64,000 nucleotides of DNA, taken from contig CBDUHN010000010.1 of the NCBI GenBank assembly GCA_965367295.1, positions 2,906-66,905 of the forward strand, given 5' to 3'. The notes under the pieces were generated by a model, which saw nothing but the letters and a program-made list of their open reading frames with translations, had not been told where the DNA came from and did not search any database. A program made the translations under genes and the position numbers. This document shows positions 1 to 12,827 of this stretch, in pieces. Position 1 is the first letter of the stretch, and every line of letters begins with the position of its first letter. This DNA is from an uncultured Gammaproteobacteria bacterium (GTDB lineage Bacteria > Pseudomonadota > Gammaproteobacteria > DSM-19610).

Positions 1-399
1 CCAATTACTGGTATGAGGAAAGGCGGGGATTGGGCCTTTCGATTCTGTCGCCGCCGGTTTTCCGTCAGGAATATGCAGGCAGTGCGACATCCGCCGCAGG
101 GGCGACGGCCTTCCTATCGTCCGCACCCGAACAAACCTTAGTGCGGAACTCAACTATTTCTGGCCGGTCTTGCTGATCCCGGGATCATCCCGATCGGATC
201 GCCAAAAACCCGGCAGGCATAAACCAAAGCAAAATGCATTCCACAATTTTTGGCTGGCGCCGTGCATCACTAACCAATGCGGATTGCCGGGGTATTCCAA
301 AAAAACACCTCTGCCTGCCAGTGCACGCCATCCTGTGACGGGATCCCGTTTATGAAGGTACCAATCCCATCCGCCCGGGCATTTGCCGCCAAGCAGTTT

Positions 400-428
400 T
401 TGTTTCGCTCGCAGCAGCCACCTATAAT
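400..428 (+). promoter_or_regulatory. Candidate sigma-70 promoter for ettA (TTGTTT, 17-nt spacer, TATAAT)
   Basis: TTGTTT lies at 400..405 and a perfect TATAAT at 423..428, about 35 nt upstream of the ettA ATG at 463. This is a sequence match only. Confidence 0.3.
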
Positions 429-462
429 GGCCCGCTTCGTACCTCCGCATATGGGCACAGCA

Positions 463-2130
<1,668 letters not shown>

Positions 2131-2140
2131 GGGATAGTGG

Positions 2141-2165
2141 ATGTCCGAATAAATTCGGACCTACA
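2141..2165. repeat. REP-like palindromic element, copy 1 (GTCCGAATAAATTCGGAC core)
   Basis: atgtccgaataaattcggacctaca lies in the 67-nt gap between ettA and the next gene. It belongs to the family listed at 16683, 18946, 18988, 19050, 35319 and 38098. Confidence 0.7.
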
Positions 2166-2197
2166 ATCACCGAAACCTTCTCACAGAGGCATCCATC

Positions 2198-2995
2198 ATG
2201 GCAGAGCCGGTATTTCAAATGCGTGACAGTTTTCGCGCCCGCGCCGTACTCATCGGCGAACGCCTCGACCTGCGCGCCCTGGAAATCAGCGACCGGCTGG
2301 CGAGCACCCCGCTGACCCTGCGGGTGGGCGACCATGGCTGTGTCGTCCTGTTCCGCTATGGCGTGGCCGTGTTCTACGACGTGCCCCCCATGGAAGAGAC
2401 CGCCTTCCTGCAGCAGTTGCAGAGCTTTGTACATCTGCCCTTCACGACCCCGGAAACCGAGCATCTGGATTTCAAGGTACAACCGGAAGCCCGTGAACAC
2501 CTGGCTGCCGGTATACTGACCATCAGCGATACCCGCATTGAACGCCTGCAGATCGTGGCGGACATCCTGGCCAAGAGTGTGGTGCTGGCGGAATATGAAA
2601 AACGCATTGCCGCCGCCTTCGACCGTGCCGAACCGATCGCCGCCGCCATGGAGGCCCGGGGCGCCACCGGCCAGTCCTCCCGGGAACTGATCCGCCACAT
2701 CGGTAGCGGACTGCTCAGCCTGCACCGCATGGTTGGCCGGGTGGAGGTGGGCGAGAAACCGGAACTGCTGTGGGAACGTCCGGAACTGGAGATCCTCTAC
2801 CTGCGCCTGGTGGACGAATATGAACTGAACGAGCGCCAGATTGCCCTGGAGCGCAAGCTTGATGTCATCACCCGCACCGCTGAAACCCAGCTCGACCTGC
2901 TGCAGACGGCCCGTTCACTGCGGGTGGAGTGGTATATCGTGATACTGATCGTGGTGGAGATCCTGCTGACCCTGTATGAAATGTTCTGGCACTGA
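2198..2995 (+). CDS. RMD1/DUF155-family protein with a C-terminal TM helix
   Basis: The 265-aa ORF has an overall pattern that recalls the RMND1/YagE DUF155 family: ..AVLIGERLDLRAL.. then ..CVVLFRYGVAVFYDV.. and a single C-terminal hydrophobic helix WYIVILIVVEILLTLYEMFW. This is recognised from memory, not from an alignment. Confidence 0.65.
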   Translation: MAEPVFQMRDSFRARAVLIGERLDLRALEISDRLASTPLTLRVGDHGCVVLFRYGVAVFYDVPPMEETAFLQQLQSFVHLPFTTPETEHLDFKVQPEAREHLAAGILTISDTRIERLQIVADILAKSVVLAEYEKRIAAAFDRAEPIAAAMEARGATGQSSRELIRHIGSGLLSLHRMVGRVEVGEKPELLWERPELEILYLRLVDEYELNERQIALERKLDVITRTAETQLDLLQTARSLRVEWYIVILIVVEILLTLYEMFWH

Positions 2996-3085
2996 GGAGA
3001 CAGAACAAACCCCTTCTCCACCGCCACTCACTTTTCCTGAACAGGTAAACCTCGTACCCTGACGCAGTATTTTCATCACCAAGGA

Positions 3086-3973
3086 ATGCGCATGGAAGGA
3101 CTTGCCCGGTTTCTCAATCGTGCCGAGGCGCTGCTGGCAAAACTGGAACCCCTGCTGCCTCTCCCGGCAGCGGAGTTCGACTGGCGCGACACCCTGGCCT
3201 GCCAGTGGCGACGCCGTGGCATGCAGGCCGACCTCTACCCGGTTTCCCGTCCGCACCTGCTTTCACTGGCCGACATCCGCCAGGTCGACAAGCAAAAGGA
3301 ACGCCTGCGCCGCAACACGCAGCAGTTCGTCCAGGGACTGCCGGCCAATAATGCCCTGCTCTGGGGTGCGCGCGGCACCGGCAAGTCATCGCTGGTAAAA
3401 GCCCTGCTCAACGAATTCGCCCGGGACGGCCTGCGCCTGATCGAGGTGGACAAGTTCGATCTGCAGGACCTGCCCGATATCGTGGCCCGCATCACCGATC
3501 GGCCGGAACGCTTTCTGTTGTTCTGCGATGACCTGTCCTTCGAGGAGAACGATGCCCGCTACAAGACCCTCAAGGCAGTGCTGGAGGGCTCCGTCAGCGC
3601 ACCGCCCGATAACCTGCTGGTCTATGCCACTTCCAATCGCCGACACCTGCTGCCGGAACAACTCGAAGAAAACCGGCATGCCATCCAACGGGATGGCGAG
3701 ATCCATCCCGGCGAGGCCATCGAGGAAAAAATCTCCCTGTCCGACCGTTTCGGCCTGTGGCTGTCATTCTATCCCTTCAGCCAGGATGAGTACCTGGACA
3801 TCGTCGATTACTGGCTGGCACAACTGGGCATGCGCATCGATGAGCTGGACACAGTGCATACCGAGGCCATCCGCTGGGCACTGGCACGCGGTAATCGCAG
3901 TGGTCGTACCGCCTGGCAGTTCGCCCGCGACTGGGTCGGTGCGCAGAATCCTGCAGCGCCGTTACCGGAATGA
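3086..3973 (+). CDS. AAA-type ATP-binding protein (DUF815-like)
   Basis: The 295-aa ORF has a Walker A motif GARGTGKSSLVKALL and a Walker B-like motif FLLFCDDLSF. Its length and layout are typical of the DUF815 ATPase family. Confidence 0.7.
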   Translation: MRMEGLARFLNRAEALLAKLEPLLPLPAAEFDWRDTLACQWRRRGMQADLYPVSRPHLLSLADIRQVDKQKERLRRNTQQFVQGLPANNALLWGARGTGKSSLVKALLNEFARDGLRLIEVDKFDLQDLPDIVARITDRPERFLLFCDDLSFEENDARYKTLKAVLEGSVSAPPDNLLVYATSNRRHLLPEQLEENRHAIQRDGEIHPGEAIEEKISLSDRFGLWLSFYPFSQDEYLDIVDYWLAQLGMRIDELDTVHTEAIRWALARGNRSGRTAWQFARDWVGAQNPAAPLPE

Positions 3974-3991
3974 AGCAACGGCCTGGCGCGT

Positions 3992-4978
3992 TCATGCCAC
4001 ACCATCTCCTCCGCCTGCCTGGCCCTGCACTACCCGGCTTTCACCCCGCAACCAGAACGCCGCCCGCTTGCTCAGGAACTCATCGACACTGAGGTAATGA
4101 CTGCCGTCACAGGAAAAGGTCAGCCCCACCCGACCATTCATCAGGTTCAGGGAAGCGGAACGCAGATATACCGTGTCATCCGCGTTGCGCAACTCCACGA
4201 ACTGCTGCAATACCAGCTCGATCTGTGACCGCTTCACCCTGGATTTATCCGCATAGGTGCACGCGGTATAGACCAGACAGATGTCCGGATTGATGATCTC
4301 CTGCAGGCTGTGAATACGATAGTCGAAGGGATCACTATGCAACCACAGCGTGACCCGCGCACTGGAGTAATGTAATTTGACGTGAAACACCCCATGCTGC
4401 GCCATGAGGACTCGAACCACGGCATGCACCGCATCGATATGGGTATCCATTTCGCTCGCGCTGCGTTGTTGCTGAAACAGCAGGCCGCGTATGGACGGGT
4501 CTCCCTTGTACTGATTCCACTCCAGCACCCTTTCCTGATGCGGAGCCGGCAACGGCAGATCCCTGACCGGAAAATCCGCCACCACAAACCCCAGCAGGCC
4601 ATCATCGCCCTGAATCGCGTGCAGCCCCGAGATACAGGGCTCCAGGCTGCGGTTACTCAAATACACCGATGACAACACCAGTCCACGATAGGGCAGCAAC
4701 CCCTGCAGGTAAGGCCGTGCACTCAGATCCTGGCCGCGCCATTGCGCCTCCACCGCAAGTGGCCCGACGTTGGAGGAACATTGCCGGAAATCACCATTGA
4801 GCACATACAGCAACTGGCAATGCGGCAGCCGCTGCAAACCCTGCTTCAAAGTCACATCCAGGTCTTCGGAAAAGGACCAGCGATCCGCACATTCCTGTGC
4901 CAGGTGGGCGAGTTCCGCCTCAATACGGTGCGCCAGCCAGCGCTTCCGATGCGAGACGATTTCCTGCAATGGCTTCAT
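3992..4978 (-). CDS. Hypothetical cytoplasmic protein. The N-terminal half looks PDC/Cache-like; the C-terminal half is unknown.
   Basis: This is the long ORF 3992..5041, with the start preferred at ATG 4978 (MKPLQEIV...). That ATG overlaps the stop of the upstream small ORF as ATGA. There is no TM segment or signal peptide. Third-position GC is lower than in the neighbours. Confidence 0.6.
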   Translation of the reverse strand: MKPLQEIVSHRKRWLAHRIEAELAHLAQECADRWSFSEDLDVTLKQGLQRLPHCQLLYVLNGDFRQCSSNVGPLAVEAQWRGQDLSARPYLQGLLPYRGLVLSSVYLSNRSLEPCISGLHAIQGDDGLLGFVVADFPVRDLPLPAPHQERVLEWNQYKGDPSIRGLLFQQQRSASEMDTHIDAVHAVVRVLMAQHGVFHVKLHYSSARVTLWLHSDPFDYRIHSLQEIINPDICLVYTACTYADKSRVKRSQIELVLQQFVELRNADDTVYLRSASLNLMNGRVGLTFSCDGSHYLSVDEFLSKRAAFWLRGESRVVQGQAGGGDGVA

Positions 4979-5202
4979 TCTACGAAAGATCCCCTGTACT
5001 GCAGACGGTATCGAGGCGGAGCCGGTCCGTCTACCAGGCAAGGAGCAATTTCCATACCACGAAAACCATTGGGCAGAATCAATTCATAACAGCCTGCGAT
5101 CCGGGCAATAGACAGGGACAGATACTGCGTGGACAGTGCCAGGGCCAATCCAACGGTTTCCCGGAATACCGCCTCGGCAGTGGCCGCATGACCAGCCTGC
5201 AC
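4975..5202 (-). CDS. Small hypothetical protein (75 aa, GTG start), apparently translationally coupled to the downstream ORF
   Basis: Its stop TGA overlaps the ATG of the 328-aa ORF (ATGA at 4978..4975). A weak AAGG lies 5 nt before the GTG. I counted third-position GC at only about 52%, so coding status is uncertain. A competing + strand ORF exists (see findings). Confidence 0.3.
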   Translation of the reverse strand: MQAGHAATAEAVFRETVGLALALSTQYLSLSIARIAGCYELILPNGFRGMEIAPCLVDGPAPPRYRLQYRGSFVE

Positions 5203-5417
5203 CGGCGCCTTACGGTGCGCTTCCGTTCCTTTCGCGCCGAGCCTTTTGAAGCAGGCCCAGACGATTACAACAACCTGGAACTGTATCTCAATACCCGCGG
5301 CAATGGCCTGACCATCGAGACCCCGACGGTTCGGTACTGGTATTCAGCCTGGATTAAGCTTACCCCCTTACACTGGTAGCCAACATAGGGAAACTGGCTG
5401 CGCCAGGAGGTGTGAAG

Positions 5418-5522
5418 ATGGCAATTTGGGATGGATTAACCTGGATTGGGTTGCTGACGGTAGCGGTGTTCATGGTGGCCATGATCAGCCTTTGCCGCCA
5501 CCAGGGATGCAGGTTGCGCTAG
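5418..5522 (+). CDS. Candidate 34-aa single-pass membrane peptide
   Basis: AGGAGG lies 7 nt upstream of the ATG at 5418. The product is MAIWDGLTWIGLLTVAVFMVAMISLCRHQGCRLR, a hydrophobic helix with a basic tail. It is too short for the ORF track and is convergent with msrQ. Confidence 0.3.
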   Translation: MAIWDGLTWIGLLTVAVFMVAMISLCRHQGCRLR

Positions 5523-5527
5523 CGCCC

Positions 5528-6133
5528 TCATCCCCGCTGCGGTTGCGCGAATGCATTCATGCGCCAACGTAACCGCAACCCCAGCAGTATGATCAGCACG
5601 ACAGCATAGATCAGCGGCTCGCGTACATCGGCTTTCACCAGCCACCAGAAGTGCACCACACCCAGCACCGGCACCAGGTAGGCAAGCCGGTGCAGGCGTT
5701 TCCAGTCACGACCCAGCCGTTTCATCATGCGTTGCGTCGACGTCACCCCCAGTGGAATCAACAGCAGGTAGCCCAGCATGCCAACGGTGATAAAGGGCCG
5801 GTCGAGAATGTCATAGCCTATCTCCTGCCAGTCGAAAAACTGGTCCAGCCATAGATAGGTAAACAGGTGCAGGGTGCCATAAAAAAATGCAAACAAACCC
5901 AGCATACGCCGCACCCGAATGGGCCAACCCCAGGAATACCATCGCCGCAAGGGTGTCATCAGCAGGGTCACCAGTAACAGCCGTAGCGTCCATTCACCCG
6001 TGCCATGAGTAATGGCTTCAATGGGGTTCGCACCGAGCTGGTCCTGATATCCAAGCCATACCAACTGCGCCAGTGGCAGCAGGCAAACCACGAATAAACA
6101 GGCTTTCAGCAATGTAATGGGCCGTATGGGCAT
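5528..6133 (-). CDS. msrQ: Protein-methionine-sulfoxide reductase heme-binding subunit MsrQ (YedZ)
   Basis: The 201-aa polytopic membrane protein begins ..LLKACLFVVCLLPLAQLVW.. then GANPIEAITHGTGEWTLRLLL, with conserved His residues. It lies directly downstream of msrP, as in E. coli. Confidence 0.9.
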   Translation of the reverse strand: MPIRPITLLKACLFVVCLLPLAQLVWLGYQDQLGANPIEAITHGTGEWTLRLLLVTLLMTPLRRWYSWGWPIRVRRMLGLFAFFYGTLHLFTYLWLDQFFDWQEIGYDILDRPFITVGMLGYLLLIPLGVTSTQRMMKRLGRDWKRLHRLAYLVPVLGVVHFWWLVKADVREPLIYAVVLIILLGLRLRWRMNAFAQPQRG

Positions 6134-6188
6134 GTATTGCTCCGATCCTCTCCCCGAGAAGAACTGAAGAGCGGTTTTCAGTAGCCAC

Positions 6189-7136
<948 letters not shown>

Positions 7137-7345
7137 GACTGGGCTACCCGGTGGCGGTATCTTGACCAATATGACCATGACCTGGCATGGAGGTTCCCCG
7201 CCCTGCCCGCCCACCCCCTAAAGTTCCACGCCGTCGCAACCGATATTTTCTCCAGGCGGCGTAAAGCGGTGTTGCGCCAGGCCAGGCCCGGGGAGGGTCT
7301 GTGTTATTGCCAGGATTGGCGCAACCATTTCACCAATAAGGGGGC

Positions 7346-7555
7346 ATGATGCGTACGCATATTCCCGTAGATGATGAAGTGCTGGCCCGGGCGGCGGAAG
7401 CCGCTGAGAAGGAAAAGGGCAGCCGACTGAAAAAGGTCACCAGCGAACGGCTCAACCATCGCCAGGCGATGCGTTCCCTGGAACGCAAACGCGAACTGGA
7501 AGAACTTCGCCGTAACCTCAGTGACTTCGAGGACTACTGGGCCGACGAGGAATAA
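7346..7555 (+). CDS. VapB-type (Rv0623-like) antitoxin homologue, apparently orphan
   Basis: The 69-aa ORF MMRTHIPVDDEVLARAAE...ELRRNLSDFEDYW has the MRT-x-I-x-(L/V)-DDEL opening and the C-terminal charged, aromatic tail typical of this antitoxin family. No intact PIN gene follows it. Confidence 0.5.
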   Translation: MMRTHIPVDDEVLARAAEAAEKEKGSRLKKVTSERLNHRQAMRSLERKRELEELRRNLSDFEDYWADEE

Positions 7556-7834
7556 TCGTTCCGGACAAGCAGGGCAAAAGGCGCCTTTCGGCCTAGGCAT
7601 TGCCCAAAACGGTTGCTGAATCACCCCAGCATCCACTACCCCCTGTAGCCTACACAGGTTGCAGGGGTTTTTTGTGCCGACAGGACCAATGATTCATCAC
7701 ATGGCACCTGTGTTGACAACGGATCTGGTGTTGGCTGAAACCCTGTGGACACTCAAAGGAAAAGAGTGCAGCGCTCAGCACAGTTTATATATTTGACCTC
7801 GCTGTACAGATTATCCCCGCTACAGCAACTCCAT

Positions 7835-7861
7835 AAAAAAGGGAGGCATCAGCCTCCCTTT
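7835..7861 (-). terminator. Rho-independent terminator downstream of purL
   Basis: The stem is gggaggc(7841..7847)/gcctccc(7852..7858) with loop atca. On the minus strand it is followed by TTTTTT (the complement of the A-run at 7835..7840). Confidence 0.6.
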
Positions 7862-7994
7862 GAATCGATACCCCAAGCTCTCAGCAACATTTCCGGGCAA
7901 CAGCCAACCCATCCGACAGCCATTCTTATACAACAAGCCCCCTGTATTCCTCTGCATCCATGGCTGTTCCAACAGCCATGCGAATAAAGCTGGT

Positions 7995-10900
7995 CTAGCC
8001 TACCGCCACCCGCGCATTACGAAACATGCGCAGCCAGGGTCCATCCTCGCCCCATTCTTCCGGGTGCCAGGAATGCTGCAGGGTACGGAATACCCGCTCC
8101 GGGTGCGGCATCATGATAGTGAAGCGCCCATCGGTGGTGGTTACACCGGCGATGCCCAGCGGTGAGCCATTGGGGTTGGCAGGATAACGCTCGGTGGGCT
8201 GCCCCAGGGAATCCACGTAGCGCAACGCCACAGCCTGCCGCTCCAGCGCCTGCCGCGCACCGTCCTCGTGATCGAAGCGGGCCTGCCCCTCACCATGGGC
8301 AACGGCGATGGGCAGCCGCGAACCGGTCATACCAGCAAGCAGCAGCGAAGGCGATTCGGGCACATCCACCAGGGTGAAGCGAGCCTCGAACTGTTCGGAG
8401 CGGTTGCGTACGAACGCGGGCCAGGCCTCGGAACCGGGGATCAGTTCCTTGAGGCCCGACATCATCTGGCAACCATTGCACACGCCGAGCCCCCAGGCAT
8501 CGGGGCGGGCGAAGAAGGCTTCGAACTCGTCGCGGGCCCGGGCATTGAACAGGATGGACTTGGCCCAGCCCTGCCCGGCGCCCAGCACGTCGCCGTAGGA
8601 AAAACCGCCACATGCGGCCAGGCCGCTGAAATCCCGCAGGGACACGCGCCCGGCGATGATGTCACTCATGTGTACGTCATGGGCGGCGAAACCGGCGGCA
8701 TGAAAAGCGGCTGCCATTTCGATCTGGCCATTGACGCCCTGCTCACGCAGGATCGCCACCGCAGGCCGCGCCCCGGAATTGATAAAGGGCGCCGCCAGGT
8801 CCTCCGCGGGATCAAAAGACAGGCGCGGTTGCATACCCGGATCATCGACCTGCAGCAGGGCATCGAATTCCTGTTGTGCACAATCGGGGTTGTCACGCAG
8901 GGCCTGCATGCGATAGCTGGTCTCTGCCCAGGCCCGTTGCAGATCGACACGCTCCTCGATAAACAGGGTCTGTGAACCCTGGGTGATGATCAGCCGATCC
9001 TGTTCATTCAGCGTGCCGATCACATGACTGTGTTTACCGAGACCCGCCTCGCGCAGGGTCTCCAGCACCGTGTCGGTGTCGCAGTGGCGTACCTGCAGCA
9101 CCGCCCCCAGTTCCTCGCAGAACAGGGCCGCGGTGGCATCGCCGCCGAGATCGTCCAATTGCACCGTCACCCCGACATGGCCGGCAAAACTCATTTCGCA
9201 CAGTGTGGCCAGCAAACCGCCGTCGGAGCGATCGTGGTAGGCCAGCAGCAGATCATCGCGATTGAGATCCTGTATGGTCGCAAAGAAATGTTGCAGCGCC
9301 TCGGCATCCTCGATATCCGGTGCATGATGCCCTACCTTCCGGTACACCTGGGCCAGCGCCGAACCGGCCAGCCGGTTACGGCCCTTGCCCAGATCCACCA
9401 GTACCAGATCCGTATCGCCCTGGTCGGTGCACAGCTGCGGGGTGCGGGTACGACGCACGTCGACCACCGGCGCGAAGGCGGTGATGATCAGCGAGAGCGG
9501 CGCCGTCACGGAACGGGACTCGCCCTGTTCCTGCCACACGCTCTTCATGGACAGTGAATCCTTGCCGACGGGAATGGCCAACCCCAACCGCGGACAGAAT
9601 TCCTCACCCACCGCCTTCACGGTATCGAACAGGTTGGCGTCCTCCCCGGGATGCCCGGCCGGCGCCATCCAGTTGGCGGACAGGCGCACCCGGCGCAGCT
9701 CGCCGATGTCGGCGGCGGCGATGTTGGTGATCGCCTCGCCCACGGCCATGCGGCCCGAGGCGGGAGCGTCCACCAGCGCCACCGGCGTCCGTTCGCCCAT
9801 GGCCATGGCCTCACCGCGATGGCCTCGGTAATCGGCACAGGTCACCGCCACGTCCGCTACCGGCACCTGCCAGGGACCGACCATCTGGTCGCGCGCCACC
9901 ATGCCGGTGATGCTGCGATCACCAATGGTGATCAGGAATGACTTGCTGGCCACGGCGGGCAGGTGCAGCACACGGTACACCGCCTCTTTCAGGTCGATGG
10001 CCGCGGTATCGAATTCGGGTTTGTGAAAGGTCTGATGATGCACGTCGCGCAACATCTTGGGCGGCTTGCCGAGCAGCAGCGACAGCGGCATGTCGATGGG
10101 GCTGTTGTCGAAGTAGCCGTCACCCAGCACCAGGTCCTGCTCCTCCGTGGCCTCGCCCAGCACTGCATAGGGGCAGCGCTCGCGATCACACAGGGCAATG
10201 AAGGTATCCAGGCGGGTGCTGTCCACCGCCATCACATAACGCTCCTGCGATTCGTTGCACCAGACCTCCATGGGCGACATACCGGGATCGTCATTGGGGA
10301 TCGCGCGCAGTTCGAAACGACCACCGCGGCCGCCGTCGTTGACCAGCTCCGGCAGGGCATTGGACAGGCCACCGGCCCCCACGTCATGAACGGAAAGAAT
10401 GGGGTTCTCCGGGCCCATGGCTGCGCAACGATCGAGCACTTCCTGGCAGCGGCGCTGCATCTCCGGGTTGCCGCGCTGCACCGAGGCGAAATCAAGGTCC
10501 TCGGCGCTGGCGCCGCTGGACACCGACGAGGCCGCACCACCACCCAGGCCGATGAGCATGGCCGGACCGCCGAGCACAATGATCTGCGCGCCGGGCGGGA
10601 TCGGCAGCTTGTCCACCTGACCGTCGCGGATATTGCCGTAGCCACCGGCGAGCATGATGGGCTTGTGATAACCGCGCAGCTCCGCGCCGGCCGGTCCGGG
10701 TACCCGTTCCTCGTAGGTGCGGAAATAACCACACAGGTTGGGACGGCCGAATTCGTTGTTGAAGGCGGCGGCGCCGAGCGGCCCCTCGATCATGATGTCC
10801 AGGGCGGAGACGATGCGCGACGGTTTGCCGTGATCCTCTTCCCAGGGCTGCTCGAAGTCGGGAATTCGCAGGTTGGATACCGAAAAGCCACACAGCCCGG

Positions 10901-11888
10901 CCTTGGGCTTGCTGCCGCGGCCGGTAGCGCCCTCGTCGCGGATCTCGCCACCGGAGCCGGTAGCTGCGCCCGGGAAGGGTGCGATGGCGGTGGGGTGGTT
11001 GTGGGTCTCCACCTTGATCTGGATGTGCGCCGGCTCACGCTGTTCGCCATACAGCGAACTGCCCGGCAGCGGGAAGAAACGCTGCACCTCGCCGCCTTCC
11101 AGCACTGCAGCGTTATCGTGATAGGCTGACAGTACTCCGTCCGGACTGGCTTTATAGGTAGTGCGGATCATTTCGAACAGCCCCTTGTCCTGCGGCTTGC
11201 CGTCGATGATCCAGCTGGCATTGAAAATCTTGTGGCGGCAGTGCTCCGAGTTTGCCTGGGCGAACATCATCAACTCCACGTCGGTGGGATTGCGATGCAG
11301 CGCGGTGAAACTATCCACCAGGTACTGGATCTCGTCTTCGGAGAGTGCCAGACCCAGCTCGCGGTTGGCCTGTTCCAGTGCCACACCGCCACCACCGATG
11401 ATATCCACCGAGCGGAAGGGAGTGGGTTCGGCATGCCGAAAAATCTGTTCCCATTCGTCTTCACTGACCAGCACCGATTCGGTCATGCGGTCATGCAGCA
11501 GCGGGATCAACTGTTCGCGCTGGGACGGGGTCAGGGGGTGGCCACTGCCCAACGTGAGCTGGTAGGCGATGCCTCGCTCGATGCGCAGCACCTTGTCGAG
11601 ACCACAATTGTGAGCAATGTCCGTGGCCTTGCTGGACCAGGGCGAGATGGTCCCGAAGCGTGGCACCACCAGAACCGGCTCGGCACCGATCTCCACCACC
11701 GGGCCACCATGGCTCAGCAGCCGCTGCAGGCGCTCCTGCTCGCTGGCATCCAGGTGCTGCTCGAGGTCGATGAAATGCACATAACAGGCCGTAACCGCAC
11801 CGATTTCTGGCAGTCGGGTGCGCAATCGGGCAAGCAGTTTCTGGGCACGAAAGGAGGAAAGGGAGGTACTACCGGGGAGCTGCAACAT
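7995..11888 (-). CDS. purL: Phosphoribosylformylglycinamidine synthase (single-chain, large PurL)
   Basis: The 1297-aa ORF has the typical N-terminus [25 protein letters not shown]-synthase-like repeats and a C-terminal glutamine amidotransferase domain (..GVCNGCQMM..). Confidence 0.97.
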   Translation of the reverse strand: MLQLPGSTSLSSFRAQKLLARLRTRLPEIGAVTACYVHFIDLEQHLDASEQERLQRLLSHGGPVVEIGAEPVLVVPRFGTISPWSSKATDIAHNCGLDKVLRIERGIAYQLTLGSGHPLTPSQREQLIPLLHDRMTESVLVSEDEWEQIFRHAEPTPFRSVDIIGGGGVALEQANRELGLALSEDEIQYLVDSFTALHRNPTDVELMMFAQANSEHCRHKIFNASWIIDGKPQDKGLFEMIRTTYKASPDGVLSAYHDNAAVLEGGEVQRFFPLPGSSLYGEQREPAHIQIKVETHNHPTAIAPFPGAATGSGGEIRDEGATGRGSKPKAGLCGFSVSNLRIPDFEQPWEEDHGKPSRIVSALDIMIEGPLGAAAFNNEFGRPNLCGYFRTYEERVPGPAGAELRGYHKPIMLAGGYGNIRDGQVDKLPIPPGAQIIVLGGPAMLIGLGGGAASSVSSGASAEDLDFASVQRGNPEMQRRCQEVLDRCAAMGPENPILSVHDVGAGGLSNALPELVNDGGRGGRFELRAIPNDDPGMSPMEVWCNESQERYVMAVDSTRLDTFIALCDRERCPYAVLGEATEEQDLVLGDGYFDNSPIDMPLSLLLGKPPKMLRDVHHQTFHKPEFDTAAIDLKEAVYRVLHLPAVASKSFLITIGDRSITGMVARDQMVGPWQVPVADVAVTCADYRGHRGEAMAMGERTPVALVDAPASGRMAVGEAITNIAAADIGELRRVRLSANWMAPAGHPGEDANLFDTVKAVGEEFCPRLGLAIPVGKDSLSMKSVWQEQGESRSVTAPLSLIITAFAPVVDVRRTRTPQLCTDQGDTDLVLVDLGKGRNRLAGSALAQVYRKVGHHAPDIEDAEALQHFFATIQDLNRDDLLLAYHDRSDGGLLATLCEMSFAGHVGVTVQLDDLGGDATAALFCEELGAVLQVRHCDTDTVLETLREAGLGKHSHVIGTLNEQDRLIITQGSQTLFIEERVDLQRAWAETSYRMQALRDNPDCAQQEFDALLQVDDPGMQPRLSFDPAEDLAAPFINSGARPAVAILREQGVNGQIEMAAAFHAAGFAAHDVHMSDIIAGRVSLRDFSGLAACGGFSYGDVLGAGQGWAKSILFNARARDEFEAFFARPDAWGLGVCNGCQMMSGLKELIPGSEAWPAFVRNRSEQFEARFTLVDVPESPSLLLAGMTGSRLPIAVAHGEGQARFDHEDGARQALERQAVALRYVDSLGQPTERYPANPNGSPLGIAGVTTTDGRFTIMMPHPERVFRTLQHSWHPEEWGEDGPWLRMFRNARVAVG

Positions 11889-12033
11889 GAGCCTCTCTCA
11901 GCGTTTTGGACGGGTGCCGGGAAACGGGGAATGATACTGGAATGTACCGGGTGCCACCAGCAGAGGGGACGCTGGTGCCGGGATTGCCTGGACCGGGGAA
12001 GTACCGGAATCGCCCCCGATAATCCCCTGACGG

Positions 12034-12810
12034 CTATGCCGGCGCCGTCACCACGCGCCAGCCAAACCCCTGCTGCTGGTCAGCGATGCAGAGCCAGTCC
12101 GCATCATGACCGATTACGGCCTGCAGCGCCGCCCGGGCCAGCTCCGGGGTATTGTTCTTGTCACTGAGATGGGCGGCCACCAGATGCTGCAACCTGCGGG
12201 TATCCATGCGCTGCAACAGTTCGGCGGCCTGACCGTTACTGAGGTGCCCCAGATGACCACCGACCCGGTCCTTGAGGCGGGGCGGATAGGGGCCGGCGGC
12301 CAGCATGCGGGGATCGTGATTGCATTCCAGCAGCAGGGCATCGCAGCCATCGAGACTGCGCACCACGTGTTCGGTGATGCTGCCCACGTCGGTCAGCAGT
12401 CCCAGCCGCGCCGCGCCGTTGGAGAATACGAACTGGCAGGGCTCACGGGCGTCGTGTGGCACGGGGAAAGGATGGACTTCCAGGTCACCGATATCAAAGG
12501 CCTCGTGGCCATTGAAGCAGTGCAGCTGCGGTACCTCGCCATCACGGTGCATGCTGCAGGTACCCGCCGTCATCCATACGGGAATGCGGTATTTGCGCGC
12601 CAGGCGCGCCACGCCGCCGATATGATCGGTATGTTCGTGGGTCACCAGGATGGCGCTGATCTGCTCCGCAGTACGGTCAAGGCGCTGCAGACGACGCTCG
12701 ACTTCCACACAGGAAAACCCACAGTCGATCATGAGCAGGGTATCGCCCTGCTCCACCAGAGTGGCATTACCGCGGCTGCCGCTGCCCAGGGAGGCGAAGC
12801 GCATGCTCAC
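12034..12810 (-). CDS. MBL-fold metallo-hydrolase
   Basis: The 258-aa ORF begins MRFASLGSGSRGNATLV..LMIDCGFS and carries the HxHxDH motif (THEHTDHIGG). Confidence 0.85.
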   Translation of the reverse strand: MSMRFASLGSGSRGNATLVEQGDTLLMIDCGFSCVEVERRLQRLDRTAEQISAILVTHEHTDHIGGVARLARKYRIPVWMTAGTCSMHRDGEVPQLHCFNGHEAFDIGDLEVHPFPVPHDAREPCQFVFSNGAARLGLLTDVGSITEHVVRSLDGCDALLLECNHDPRMLAAGPYPPRLKDRVGGHLGHLSNGQAAELLQRMDTRRLQHLVAAHLSDKNNTPELARAALQAVIGHDADWLCIADQQQGFGWRVVTAPA

Positions 12811-12827
12811 CGGGATCGCCCCTCCCG

